In this document: piece by piece, positions 13,201-28,200 of the stretch
Layout: the number at the start of each line of letters is the position of its first letter
How positions within the stretch are numbered: the stretch's first letter is position 1
Made by a program: the position numbers and the translations under genes
Source of the DNA: Eledone cirrhosa
Taxonomy: Eukaryota
NCBI GenBank assembly: GCA_964016885.1
Contig: OZ024740.1
Coordinates: forward strand, 307,892,001-307,956,000
Reading direction: 5' to 3'
DNA length: 64,000 bases
The notes under the pieces: generated by a model
What the model saw: the letters and a program-made list of their open reading frames with translations, nothing else
Told to the model about the DNA's origin: nothing
The model's database searches: none

Positions 13201-16200
13201 AGGGGCTGGACCTTGATTATATTTTTGCTCTGCTATACCTGGGGGAAGGGGCTGGACCTTGATTATATTTTTGCCCTGCCATATCTGGTGGAAGGGGCTT
13301 GGCCTTGATTATATTGTTGCTCTGCTTTTATCTGGAGGAAGGGGCTTGGCCTTGATTATATTTTTGCTCTGCTACATCTGGGGGAAGGGGCTTGGCCTTG
13401 ATTATATTTTTGCTCTGCTATATCTGGAGGGAGGGGCTTGGCCTTGATTATATTTTTGCTCTGCTATATCTGGAGGAAGGGGCTTGGCCTTGAATATATT
13501 TTTGCTCTGCTATATCTGGAGAGAGGGGCTTGGCCTTGATTATATTTTTGCTCTGCTATATCTGGAGGAAGGGGCTTGGCCTTGATTATATTTTTGCTCT
13601 GCTATATCTGGAGGGAGGGGCTTGGCCTTGATTATATTTTTGCTCTGCTATATCTGGAGGGAGGGGCTTGGCCTTGATTATATTTTTGCTCTGCTATATC
13701 TGGAGGGAGGGGCTTGGCCTTGAATATATTTTTGCTCTGCTATATCTGGAGGGAGGGGCTTGGCCTTGATTATATTTTTGCTCTGCTATATCTGGAGGGA
13801 GGGGCTTGGCCTTGATTATATTTTTGCTCTGCTATATCTGGAGGGAGGGGCTTGGCCTTGATTATATTTTTGCTGTTATATCTGGAGGGAGGGGCTTGGC
13901 CTTGATTATATTTTTGCTCTGCTATATCTGGAGGGAGGGGCTGGACCTTGATTATATTTTTGCTCTGCTATATCTGGGGGAAGGGGCTGGACCTTGATTA
14001 TATTTTTGCTCTGCTATATCTGGGGGAAGGGGCTGGACCTTGATTATATTTTTGCTCTGCTATACCTGGGGGAAGGGGCTGGACCTTGATTATATTTTTG
14101 CCCTGCCATATCTGGTGGAAGGGGCTTGGCCTTGATTATATTGTTGCTCTGCTTTTATCTGGAGGAAGGGGCTTGGCCTTGATTATATTTTTGCTCTGCT
14201 ACATCTGGGGGAAGGGGCTTGGCCTTGATTATATTTTTGCTCTGCTATATCTGGAGGGAGGGGCTTGGCCTTGATTATATTTTTGCTCTGCCATATCTGG
14301 AGGGAGGGGCTTGGCCTTGATTATATTTTTGCTCTGCTATATCTGGAGGGAGGGGCTTGGCCTTGAATATATTTTTGCTCTGCTATATCTGGAGGGAGGG
14401 GCTTGGACTTGATTATATTTTTGCTCTGCTATATCTGGAGGGAGGGGCTTGGCCTTGATTATATTTTTGCCCTGCTATATCTGGAGGAAGGGGCTTGGCC
14501 TTGATTATATTTTTGCTTTGCTATATCTGGGGGAAGGGGCTTGGCCTTGATTATATTTTTGCTTTGCTATATCTGGGGGAAGGGGCTTGGCCTTGATTAT
14601 ATTTTTGCTCTGCTATATCTGGAGGGAGGGGCTTGGCCTTGATTATATTTTTGCTCTGCTATATCTGGAGGGAGGGGCTTGGCCTTGATTATATTTTTGT
14701 TCTGCTATATCTGGAGGGAGGGGCTTGGCCTTGAATATATTTTTGCTCTGCTATATTTGGAGGGAGGGGCTTGGCCTTGATTATATTTTTGCTCTGCTAT
14801 ATCAGGAGGGAGGTGCTTGGCCTTGATTATATTTTTGCTCTGCTATATCTGGAGGGCGGAGCTTGGCCTTGATTATATTTTTGCTCTGCTATATCTGGAG
14901 GAAGGGGCTTGGCCTTGATTGTATTTTTGCTCTGCTATATCTGGAGGGAGGGGCTTGGCCTTGAATATATTTTTGCTCTGCTATATCTGGAGGGAGGGGC
15001 TTGGCCTTGATTATATTTTTGCTCTGCTATATCTGAAGGGAGGGGCTTGGCCTTGATTATATTTTTGCTCTGCTATATCTGGAGGGAGCGGCTTGGCCTT
15101 GATTATATTTTTGCTCTGCTATATCTGGAGGAACGGGGATTGGCCTTGATTATATTTTTGCTCTGCTATATCTGGAGGGAGGGGCTTGGCCTTGATTATA
15201 TATTTGCTCTGCTATATCTGGAGGGAGGGGCTTGGCCTAGATTATATTTTTGCTCTGCTATATTATGGAGGGAGGGGCTTGGCCTTGATTATATTTTTGC
15301 TCTGCTATATCTGGAGGGAGGGGCTGGACCTTGATTATATTTTTGCTCAGCTATATCTGGGGGAAGGGGCTGGACCTTGATTATATTTTTGCTCTGCTAT
15401 ATCTGGGGGAAGGGGCTGGACCTTGATTATATTTTTGCTCTGCTATATCTGGGGGAAGGGGCTGGACCTTGATTATATTTTTGCCCTGCCTTATCTGGAG
15501 GGAGGGGCTTGGCCTTGATTATATTTTTGCCCTGCTATATCTGGAGGAAGGGGCTTGGCCTTGATTATATTTTTGCCCTGCTATATCTGGAGGAAGGGAC
15601 TGGACCTTGATTAGATTTTTGCTCTGCTATATCTGGAGGGAGGGGCTTGGCCTTGATTATATTTTTGCTCTGCTATATATGGAGGGAGGGGCTTGGCCTT
15701 GATTATATTTTTGCTCTGCTATATCTGGAGGGAGGGGCTTGGCCTTGAATATATTTTTGCTCTGCTATATCTGGAGGGAGGGGCTTGGCCTTGATTATAT
15801 TTTTGCTCTGCTATATCTGGAGGGAGGGGCTTGGCCTTGATTATATTTTTGCTCTGCTATATCTGGAGAGAAGGGCTTGGCCTTGAATATATTTTTGCTC
15901 TGCCATATCTGGAGGGAGGGGCTTGGCCTTGATTATATTTTTGCTCTGCTATATCTGGAGGGAGGGGCTTGGCCTTGATTATATTTTTGCTCTGCTATAT
16001 CTGGAGGGAGGGGCTTGGCCTTGATTATATTTTTGCTCTGTTATATCTGGAGGAAGGGGCTTGGCCTTGATTATATTTTTGCTCTGCTATATCTGGAGGG
16101 AGGGGCTTGGCCTTGAATATATTTTTGCTCTGCTATATCGGGAAGGAAGGGCTTGGCCTTGATTATATTTTTGCTCTGCTATATCGGGAGGAAGGGGCTT

Positions 16201-19200
16201 GGCCTTGATTATATTTTTGCTCTGCTATATCTGGAGGGAGGGGCTTGGCCTTGATTATATTTTTGCTCTACTATATCTGGAGGGAGGGGCTTGGCCTTGA
16301 TTATATTTTTGCTCTGCTATATTTGGAGGGAGGGGCTTGGCCTTGATTATATTTTTGCTCTGCTATATCTGGAGGGAGGGGCTGGACCGTGATTATATTT
16401 TTGCTCTGCTATATCTGGGGGAAGGGGCTGGACCTTGATTATATTTTTGCTCTGCTATATCTGGGGGAAGGGGCTGGACCTTGATTATATTTTTGCTCTG
16501 CTATATCTGGGGGAAGGGGCTGGACCTTGATTATATTTTTGCCTGCCATATCTGGAGGGAGGGGCTTGGCCTTGATTATATTTTTGCCCTGCTATATCTG
16601 GAGGAAGGGGCTTGGCCTTGATTATATTTTTGCCCTGCTATATCTGGAGGGAGGGGCTTGGCCTTGAATATATTTTTGCTCTGCTATATCGGGAAGGAAG
16701 GGCTTGGCCTTGATTATATTTTTGCTCTGCTATATCTGGAGGAAGGGGCTTGGCCTTGATTATATTTTTGCTCTGCTATATCTGGAGGGAGGGGCTTGGC
16801 CTTGATTATATTTTTGCTCTGCTATATCTGGAGGAAGGGGCTGGACCTTGATTATATTTTTTCTCTGCTATATCTGGGGGAAGGGGCTGGACCTTGATTA
16901 TATATTTGCTCTGCTATATCTGGGGGAAGGGGCTGGACCTTGATTATATTTTTGCTCTGCTATATCTGGAGGGAGGGGTTTGGCCTTGAATATATTTTTG
17001 CTCTGCTATATCTGGAGGGAGGGGCTTGGCCTTGATTATATTTTTACTCTGCTATATCTGGAGGGAGGGGCTTGGCCTTGATTATATTTTTGCTCTGCTA
17101 TATCTGGAGAGAGGGGCTTGGCCTTGAATATATTTTTGCTCTGCCATATCTGGAGGGAGGGGCTTGGCCTTGATTATATTTTTGCTCTGCTATATCTGGA
17201 GGGAGGGGCTTGGCCTTGATTATATTTTTGCTCTGCTATATCTGGAGGGAGGGGCTTGGCCTTGATTATATTTTTGCTCTGTTATATCTGGAGGAAGGGG
17301 CTTGGCCTTGATTATATTTTTGCTCTGCTATATCAGGAGGGAGGGGCTTGGCCTTGAATATATTTTTGCTCTGCTATATCGGGAAGGAAGGGCTTGGCCT
17401 TGATTATATTTTTGCTCTGCTATATCTGGAGGAAGGGGCTTGGCCTTGATTATATTTTTGCTCTGCTATATCTGGAGGGGGGGGGCTTGGCCTTGATTAT
17501 ATTTTTGCTCTGTTATATCTGGAGGGAGGGGCTTGGCCTTGATTATATTTTTGCTCTGCTATATCTGGAGGAAGAGGCTGGACATTGATTATATTTTTTC
17601 TCTGCTATATCTGGGGGAAGGGGCTGGACCTTGATTATATATTTGCTCTGCTATATCTGGAGGAATGGGCTTGGCCTTGAATATATTTTTGCTCTGCTAT
17701 ATCTGGAGGGAGGGGCTTGGCTTTGATTATATTTTTGCTTTGCTATATCTGGGGGAAGGGGCTTGGCCTTGATTATATTTTTGCTCGCTATATCTGGATG
17801 GAGGGGCTTGGCCTTGATTATATTTTTGCTCTGCTATATCTGGAGAGAGGGGCTTGGCCTTGAATATATTTTTGCTCTGCCATATCTGGAGGGAGGGGCT
17901 TGGCCTTGATTATATTTTTGCTCTGCTATATCTGGAGGGAGGGGCTTGGCCTTGATTATATTTTTGCTCTGCTATATCTGGACGGAGTGGCTTGACCTTG
18001 ATTATATTTTTGCTCTGCTATATCTGGAGGGAGGGGCTTGGCCTTGATTATATTTTTGCTCTGCTATATCTGGAGGGAGGGGCTTGGCCTTGATTATATT
18101 TTTGCTCTGCTATATCTGGCGGAAGGGGCTGGACCTTGATTATATTTTTGCCCTGCCATATCTGGAGGAAGGGGCTTGGCCTTGATTATATTTTTGCCCT
18201 GCTATATCTGGAGGAAGGGGCTTGGCCTTGATTATATTTTTGCTCTGCTATATCTGGAGGGAGGGGCGTGGCCTTGATTATATTTTTGCTCTGCTATATC
18301 TGGAGGGAGGGGCTTGGCCTTGATTATATTTTTGCTCTGCTATATCTGGAGGAAGGGGCTTGGCCTTGATTATATTTTTGCTCTGCTATATATAGAGGGA
18401 GGGGCTTGGCCTTGATTATATATTTGCTCTGCTATATCTGGAGGGGGGGGGGCTTGGCCTTGATTATATTTTTGCTCTGCCATATCTGGAGGGAGGGGCT
18501 TGGCCTTGATTATATTTTTGCTCTGCTATATCTGGAGGGAGGGGCTTGGCCTTGATTATATTTTTGCTCTGCTATATCTGGAGGAAGGGGCTTGGCCTTG
18601 ATTATATTTTTGCTCTGCTATATCTGGGGGAAGGGGCTGGACCTTGATTATATTTTTGCTCTGCTACATCTGGGGGAAGGGGCTGGACCTTGATTATATT
18701 TTTGCTCTGCTATATCTGGGGGAAGGGGCTGGACCTTGATTATATTTTTGCCCTGCCATATCTGGAGGGAGGGGCTTGGCCTTGATTATATTTTTGCCCT
18801 GCTATATCTGGAGGAAGGGGCTTGGCCTTGATTATATTTTTGCCCTGCTATATCTGGAGGAAGGGACTGGACCTTGATTATATTTTTGCTCTGCTATATC
18901 TGGAGGGAGGGGCTTGGCCTTGATTATATTTTTGCTCTGCTATATCTGGAGGGAGGGGCTTGGCCTTGAATATATTTTTGCTCTGCTATATCTGGAGGGC
19001 GGGGCTTGGCCTTGATTATATTTTTGCTCTGCTATATCTGGAGGGCGGGGCTTGGCCTTGATTATATTTTTGCTCTGCTATATCTGGAGAGAGGGGCTTG
19101 GCCTTGAATATATTTTTGCTCTGCCATATCTGGAGGGAGGGGCTTGGCCTTGATTATATTTTTGCTTTGCTATATCTGGAGGGAGGGGCTTGGCCTTGAT

Positions 19201-22200
19201 TATATTTTTGCTCTGCTATATCTGGAGGGAGGGGCTTGGCCTTGATTATATTTTTGCTCTGTTATATCTGGAGGAAGGGGCTTGGCCTTGATTATATTTT
19301 TGCTCTGCTATATCTGGAGGGAGGAGCTTGGCCTTGAATATATTTTTGCTCTGCTATATCGGGAAGCAAGGGCTTGGCCTTGATTATATTTTTGCTCTGC
19401 TATATCTGGAGGAAGGGGCTTGGCCTTGATTATATTTTTGCTCTGCTATATCTGGAGGGAGGGGCTTGGCCTTGATTATATTTTTGCTCTGCTATATCTG
19501 GAGGGAGGGGCTTGGCCTTGATTATATTTTTGCTCTGTTATATCTGGAGGGAGGGGCTTGGCCTTGATTATATTTTTGCTCTGCTATATCTGGAGGAAGG
19601 GGCTGGACCTTGATTATATTTTTTCTCTGCTATATCTGGGGGAAGGGGCTGGACCTTGATTATATATTTGCTCTGCTATATCTGGGGGAAGGGGCTGGAC
19701 CTTGATTATATTTTTGCTCTGCTATATCTGGAGGGAGGGGCTTGGCCTTGATTATATTTTTGCCATGCTATATCTGGAGGAAGGGGCTTGGCCTTGATTA
19801 TATTTTTGCTCTGCTATATCTGGAGGAAGGGGCTGGACCTTGATTATATTTTTGCTCTGCTATATCTGGAGGGAGGGGCTTGGCCTTGATTATATTTTTG
19901 CTCTGCTATATCTGGGGGAAGGGGCTTGGCCTTGATTATATTTTTGCTCTGCTATATCTGGAGGGAGGGGCTTGGCCTTGATTATATTTTTGCTCTGCTA
20001 TATCTGGAGGGAGGGGCTTGGCCTTGATTATATTTTTGCTCTGCTATATCTGGAGGGAGGGGCTTGGCCTTGAATATATTTTTGCTCTGCTATATCTGGA
20101 GGGAGGGGCTTGGCCTTGATTATATTTTTGCTCTGCTATATCTGGAGGGAGGGGCTTGGCCTTGATTATATTTTTGCTCTGCTATATCTGGAGGGAGGGG
20201 CTTGGCCTTGATTATATTTTTGCTCTGTTATATCTGGAGGGAGGGGCTTGGCCTTGATTATATTTTTGCTCTGCTATATCTGGAGGGAGGGGCTGGACCC
20301 TGATTATATTTTTGCTCTGCTATATCTGGGGGAAGGAGCTGGACCTTGATTATATTTTTGCTCTGCTATATCTGGGGGAAGGGGCTGGACCTTGATTATA
20401 TTTTTGCTCTGCTATACCTGGGGGAAGGGCTGGACCTTGATTATATTTTTGCCCTGCCATATCTGGTGGAAGGGGCTTGGCCTTGATTATGTTGTTGCTC
20501 TGCTTTTATCTGGAGGAAGGGGCTTGGCCTTGATTATATTTTTGCTCTGCTACATCTGGGGGGAGGGGCTTGGCCTTGATTATATTTTTGCTCTGCTATA
20601 TCTGGAGGGAGGGGCTTGGTCTTGATTATATTTTTGCTCTGCTATATCTGGAGGGAGGGGCTTGGCCTTGATTATATTTTTGCTCTGCTATATCTGGAGG
20701 GAGGGGCTTGGCCTTGAATATATTTTTGCTCTGCTATATCTGGAGGGAGGGGCTTGGACTTGATTATATTTTTGCTCTGCTATATCTGGAGGGAGGGGCT
20801 TGGCCTTGATTATATTTTTGCCCTGCTATATCTGGAGGGAGGGGCTTGGCCTTGATTATATTTTTGCTCTGCTATATCTGGAGGAAGGGGCTTGGCCTTG
20901 ATTATATTTTTGCTTTGCTATATCTGGGGGAAGGGGCTTGGCCTTGATTATATTTTTGCTCTGCTATATCTGGAGGTAGGGGCTGGACCTTGATTATATT
21001 TTTGCTCTGCTATATCTGGGGGAAGGGGCTGGACCTTGATTATATTTTTGCTCTGCTATATCTGGGGGAAGGGGCTGGACCTTGATTATATTTTTGCTCT
21101 GCTTTTATCTGGAGGAAGGGGCTTGGCCTTGATTATATTTTTGCTCTGCTACATCTGGGGGGAGGGGCTTGGCCTTGATTATATTTTTGCTCTGCTATAT
21201 CTGGAGGAAGGGGCTTGGCCTTGATTATATTTTTGCTCTGCTATATCTGGGGGAAGGAGCTGGACCTTGATTATATTTTTGCTCTGCTATATCTGGGGGA
21301 AGGGGCTGGACCTTGATTATATTTTTGCTCTGCTATATCTGGGGGAAGGGGCTGGACCTTGATTATATTTTTGCTCTGCTATATCTGGGGGAAGGGGCTG
21401 GACCTTGATTATATTTTTGCTCTGCTATATCTGGGGGAAGGGGCTGGACCTTGATTATATTTTTGCCCTGCCATATCTGGTGGAAGGGGCTTGGCCTTGA
21501 TTATATTGTTGCTCTGCTTTTATCTGGAGGAAGGGGCTTGGCTTTGATTATATTTTTGCTCTGCTACATCTGGGGGAAGGGGCTTGGCCTTGATTATATT
21601 TTTGCTCTGCTATATCTGGAGGGAAGGGCTTGGCCTTGATTATATTTTTGCTCTGCTATATCTGGAGGGAGGGGCTTGGCCTTGATTATATTTTTGCTCT
21701 GCTATATCTGGAGGGAGGGGCTTGGCCTTGAATATATTTTTGCTCTGCTATATCTGGAGGGAGGGGCTTGGACTTGATTATATTTTTGCTCTGCTATATC
21801 TGGAGGGAGGGGCTTGGCCTTGATTATATTTTTGCCCTGCTATATCTGGAGGAAGGGGCTTGGCCTTGATTATATTTTTGCTCTGCGATATCTGGAGGAA
21901 GGGGCTTGGCCTTGATTATATTTTTGCTTTGCTATATCTGGGGGAAGGGGCTTGGCCTTGATTATATTTTTGCTCTGCTATATCTGGAGGGAGGGGCTTG
22001 GCCTTGATTATATTTTTGCTCTGCTATATCTGGAGGGAGGGGCTTGGCCTTGATTATATTTTTGTTCTGCTATATCTGGAGGGAGGGGCTTGGCCTTGAA
22101 TATATTTTTGCTCTGCTATATTTGGAGGGAGGGGCTTGGCCTTGATTATATTTTTGCTCTGCTATATCAGGAGGGAGGGGCTTGGCCTTGATTATATTTT

Positions 22201-25200
22201 TGCTCTGCTATATCTGGAGGGAGGAGCTTGGCCTTGATTATATTTTTGCTCTGCTATATCTGGAGGAAGGGGCTTGGCCTTGATTATATTTTTGCTCTGC
22301 TATATTTGAAGGGAGGGGCTTGGCCTTGAATATATTTTTGCTCTGCTATATCTGGAGGGAGGGGCTTGGCCTTGATTATATTTTTGCTCTGCTATATCTG
22401 AAGGGAGGGGCTTGGCCTTGATTATATTTTTGCTCTGCTATATCTGGAGGGAGCGGCTTGGCCTTGATTATATTTTTGCTCTGCTATATCTGGAGGAACG
22501 GGGATTGGCCTTGATTATATTTTTGCTCTGCTATATCTGGAGGGAGGGGCTTGGCCTTGATTATCTTTTTGCTCTGCTATATCTGGAGGGAGGGGCTTGG
22601 CCTAGATTATATTTTTGCTCTGCTATATTTGGAGGGAGGGGTTTGGCCTTGATTATATTTTTGCTCTGCTATATCTGGAGGGAGGGGCTGGACCTTGATT
22701 ATATTTTTGCTCTGCTATATCTGGGGGAAGGGGCTGGACCTTGATTATATTTTTGCTCTGCTATATTTGGGGGAAGGGGCTGGACCTTGATTATATTTTT
22801 GCTCTGCTATATCTGGGGGAAGGGGCTGGACCTTGATTATATTTTTGCCCTGCCATATCTGGAGGGAGGGGCTTGGCCTTGATTATATTTTTGCCCTGCT
22901 ATATCTGGAGGAAGGGGCTTGGCCTTGATTATATTTTTGCCCTGCTATATCTGGAGGAAGGGACTGGACCTTGATTATATTTTTGCTCTGCTATATCTGG
23001 AGGGAGGGGCTTGGCCTTGATTATATTTTTGCTCTGCTATATCTGGAGGGAGGGGCTTGGCCTTGATTATATTTTTGCTCTGCTATATCTGCAGGGAGGG
23101 GCTTGGCCTTGAATATATTTTTGCTCTGCTATATCTGGAGGGAGGGGCTTGGCCTTGATTATATTTTTGCTCTGCTATATCTGGAGAGAGGGGCTTGGCC
23201 TTGAATATATTTTTGCTCTGCCATATCTGGAGGGAGGGGCTTGGCCTTGATTATATTTTTGCTCTGCTATATCTGGAGGGAGGGGCTTGGCCTTGATTAT
23301 ATTTTTGCTCTGCTATATCTGGAGGGAGGGGCTTGGCCTTGATTATATTTTTGCTCTGTTATATCTGGAGGAAGGGGCTTGGCCTTGATTATATTTTTGC
23401 TCTGCTATATCTGGAGGGAGGGGCTTGGCCTTGAATATATTTTTGCTCTGCTATATCGGGAAGGAAGGGCTTGGCCTTGATTATATTTTTGCTCTGCTAT
23501 ATCTGGAGGAAGGGGCTTGGCCTTGATTATATTTTTGCTCTGCTATATCTGGAGGGAGGGGCTTGGCCTTGATTATATTTTTGCTCTGCTATATCTGGAG
23601 GGAGGGGCTTGGCCTTGATTATATTTTTGCTCTGTTATATCTGGAGGGAGGGGCTTGGCCTTGATTATATTTTTGCTCTGCTATATCTGGAGGAAGGGGC
23701 TGGACCGTGATTATATTTTTTCTCTGCTATATCTGGGGGAAGGGGCTGGACCTTGATTATATATTTGCTCTGCTATATCTGGGGGAAGGGGCTGGACCTT
23801 GATTATATTTTTGCTCTGCTATATCTGGGGTAAGGGGCTGGACCATGATTATATTTTTGCCCTGCCATATCTGGAGGAAGGGGCTTGGCCTTGATTATAT
23901 TTTTGCTCTGCTATATCTGGAGGAAGGGGCTTGGCCTTGATTACATTTTTGCCCTGCTATATCTGGAGGAAGGGGCTGGACCTGGATTATATTTTTGCCC
24001 TGCTATATCTGGTGGAAGGGGCTTGGCCTTGATTATATTGTTGCTCTGCTTTTATCTCGAGGAAGGGGCTTGGCCTTGATTATATTTTTGCTCTGCTATA
24101 TCTGGGGGAAGGGGCTTGGCCTTGATTATATTTTTGCTCTGCTATATCTGGAGGAAGGGGCTTGGCTTTGATTATATTTTTGTTCTGCTATATCTGGAGG
24201 AATGGGCTTGGCCTTGAATATATTTTTGCTCTGCTATATCTGGAGGGAGGGGCTTGGCTTTGATTATATTTTTGCTTTGCTATATCTGGGGGAAGGGGCT
24301 TGGCCTTGATTATATTTTTGCTCGCTATATCTGGAGGGAGGGGCTTGGCCTTGATTATATTTTTGCTCTGCTATCTCTGGAGGAAGGGGCTTGGCTTTGA
24401 TTATATTTTTGTTCTGCTATATCTGGAGGAATGGGCTTGGCCTTGAATATATTTTTGCTCTGCTATATCTGGAGGGAGGGGCTTGGCTTTGATTATATTT
24501 TTGCTTTGCTATATCTGGGGGAAGGGGCTTGGCCTTGATTATATTTTTGCTCGCTATATCTGGAGGGAGGGGCTTGGCCTTGATTATATTTTTGCTCTGC
24601 TATATCTGGAGAGAGGGGCTTGGCCTTGAATATATTTTTGCTCTGCCATATCTGGAGGGAGGGGCTTGGCCTTGATTATATTTTTGCTCTGCTATATCTG
24701 GAGGGAGGGGCTTGGCCTTGATTATATTTTTGCTCTGCTATATCTGGACGGAGGGGCTTGGCCTTGATTATATTTTTGCTCTGCTATATCTGGAGGGAGG
24801 GGCTTGGCCTTGATTATATTTTTGCTCTGCTATATCTGGAGGGAGGGGCTTGGCCTTGATTATATTTTTGCTCTGCTATATCTGGAGGAAGGGGCTTGGC
24901 CTTGATTATATTTTTGCTCTGCTATATCTGGAGGGAGGGGCTTGGCCTTGATTATATTTTTGCTCTGCTATATCTGGAGGGAGGGGCTTGGCCTTGATTA
25001 TATTTTTGCTCTGCTTTATTTGGAGGAAGGGGCTTGGCCTTGATTATATTTTTGCTCTGCTATATCTGGAGGGAGAGGCTTGGCCTTGATTATATTTATG
25101 CTCTGCTATATCTGGAGGAAGGGGCTTGGCCTTGATTATATTTTCGCTCTGCTATATCTGGAGGGAGGGGCTTGGCTTGAATATATTTTTGCTCTGCTAT

Positions 25201-28200
25201 ATCTGGAGGGGGGGGGCTTGGCCTTGATTATATTTTTGCTCTGCTATATCTGGAGGGAGGGGCTTGGCCTTGATTATATTTTTGCCCTGCTATATCTGGA
25301 GGAAGGGGCTTGGCCTTGATTATATTTTTGCTCTGCTATATCTGGAGGGAGGGGCTTGGCCTTGATTATATTTTTGCTTTGCTATATCTGGGGGAAGGGG
25401 CTTGGCCTTGATTATATTTTTGCTCTGCTATATCTGGAGGGAGGGGCTTGGCCTTGATTATATTTTTGCTCTGCTATATCTGGAGGAAGGGGCTTGGCCT
25501 TGATTATATTTTGCTCTGCTATATCTGGAGGGAGGGGCTTGGCCTTGATTATATTTTTGCTCTGCTATATCTGGAGGGAGGGGCTTGGCCTTGATTATAT
25601 TTTTGCTCTGCTATATCTGGAGGGAGGGGCTTGGCCTTGATTATATTTTTGCTCTGCTATATCTGGAGGGAGGGGCTTGGCCTTGATTATATTTTTGCTC
25701 TGCTATATCTGGAGGGAGGGGCTTGGCCTTGATTATATTTTTGCTCTGCTATATCTGGAGGGAGGGGCTTGGCCTTGATTATATTTTTGCTCTGCTATAT
25801 CTGGAGAGAGGGGCTTGGCCTTGATTATATTTTTGCTCTGCTATAACTGGAGGAAGGGGCTTGGCCTTGAATATATTTTTGCTCTGCTATATCTGGAGGG
25901 AGGGGCTTGGCCTTGATTATATTTTTGCTCTGCTATATCTGGAGGGAGGGGCTTGGCCTTGATTATATTTTTGCTCTGCTATATCTGGAGGGAGGGGCTT
26001 GGCCTTGATTATATTTTTGCCCTGCTATATCTGGAGGAAGGGGCTTGGCCTTGATTATATTTTTGCTCTGCTATATCTGGAGGAAGGGGCTGGACCTTGA
26101 TTATATTTTTGCTCTGCTATATCTGGAGGGAGGGGCTTGGTCTTGATTATATTTTTGCTCTGCTATATCTGGGGGAAGGGGCTTGGCCTTGATTATATTT
26201 TTGCTCTGCTATATCTGGAGGGAGAGGCTTGGCCTTGATTATATTTTTGCTCTGCTATATCTGGAGGGAGGGGCTTGGCCTTGATTATATTTTTGCTCTG
26301 CTATATCTGGGGGAAGGGGCTTGGCCTTGATTATATTTTTGCTCTGCTATATCTGGAGGGAGAGGCTTGGCCATGATTATATTTTTCCTCTGCTATAACT
26401 GGAGAGAGGAGCTTGGCCTTGATTATATTTTTGCTCTGCTATATCTGGAGGAAGGGGCTTGGCCTTGATTATATTTTTGCTCTGCTATATCTGGAGGGAG
26501 GGGCTTGGCCTTGATTATATTTTTGCTCTGCTATATTTGGAGGAAGGGGCTTGGCCTTGATTATATTTTTGCTCTGCTATATCTGGAGGGAGAGGCTTGG
26601 CGTTGATTATATTTATGCTCTGCTATATCTTGAGGAAGGGGCTTGACCTTGATTATATTTTCGCTCTGCTATATCTGGAGGGAGGGGCTTGGCCTTGAAT
26701 ATATTTTTGCTCTGCTATATCTGGAGGGGGGGGGGGCTTGGCCTTGATTATATTTTTGCCCTGCTATATCTGGAGGAAGGGGCCTGGCCTTGATTATATT
26801 TTTCCTCTGCTATATCTGGAGAGAGGGGCTTGGCCTTGATTATATTTTTGCTCTGCTATAACTGGAGGAAGGGGCTTGGCCTTGAATATATTTTTGCTCT
26901 GCTATATCTGGAGGGAGGGGCTTGGCCTTGATTATATTTTTGCTTTGCTATATCTGGGGGAAGGGGCTTGGCCTTGATTATATTTTTGCTCTGCTATATC
27001 TGGAGGGAGGGGCTTGGCCTTGATTATATTTTTGCTCTGCTATATCTGGAGGAAGTGGCTTGGCCTTGATTATATTTTGCTCTGCTATATCTGGAGGGAG
27101 GGGCTTGGCCTTGATTATATTTTTGCTCTGCTATATCTGGAGGGAGGGGCTTGGCCTTGATTATATTTTTGCTCTGCTATATCTGGAGGGAGGGGCTTGG
27201 CCTTGATTATATTTTTGCTCTGCTATATCTGGAGGGAGGGGCTTGGCCTTGATTATATTTTTGCTCTGCTATATCTGGAGGGAGGGGCTTGGCCTTGAAT
27301 ATATTTTTGCTCTGCTATATCTGGAGGGAGGGGCTTGGCCTTGATTATATTCTTGCTCTGCTATATCTGGAGGAAGGGGCTTGGCCTTGAATATATTTTT
27401 GCTCTGCTATATCTGGAGGGAGGGGCTTGGCCTTGATTATATTTTTGCTCTGCTATATCTGGAGGGAGGGGCTTGGCCTTGATTATATTTTTGCTCTGCT
27501 ATATCTGGAGGGAGGAGCTTGGCCTTGATTATATTTTTGCCCTGCTATATCTGGAGGAAGTGGCTTGGCCTTGATTATATTTTTGCTCTGCTATATCTGG
27601 AGGAAGGGGCTGGACCTTGATTATATTTTTGCTCTGCTATATCTGGAGGGAGGGGCTTGGTCTTGATTATATTTTTGCTCTGCTATATCTGGGGGAAGGG
27701 GCTTGGCCTTGATTATATTTTTGCTCTCCTATATCTGGAGGGAGAGGCTTGGCCTTGATTATATTTTTGCTCTGCTATATCTGGAGGGAGGGGCTTGGCC
27801 TTGATTATATTTTTGCTCTGCTATATCTGGAGGGAGGGGCTTGGCCCTGAATATATTTTTGCTCTGCTATATCTGGAGGAAGGGGCTTGGCCTTGATTAT
27901 ATTTTTGCTCTGCTATATCTGGGGGAAGGGGCTTGGCCTTGATTATATTTTTGCTCTGCTATATCTGGAGGGAGAGGCTTGGCCATGATTATATTTTTGC
28001 TCTGCTATATCTGGAGGGAGGGGCTTGGCCTTGATTATATTTTTGCTCTGCTATATCTGGAGGGAGGGGCTTGGCCTTGATTATATTTTTGCTCTGCTAT
28101 ATCTGGAGGAAGGGGCTTGGCCTTGATTATATTTTTGCTCTGCTATATCTGGAGGGAGGGGCTTGGCCTTGAATATATTTTTGCTCTGCTATATCTGGAG

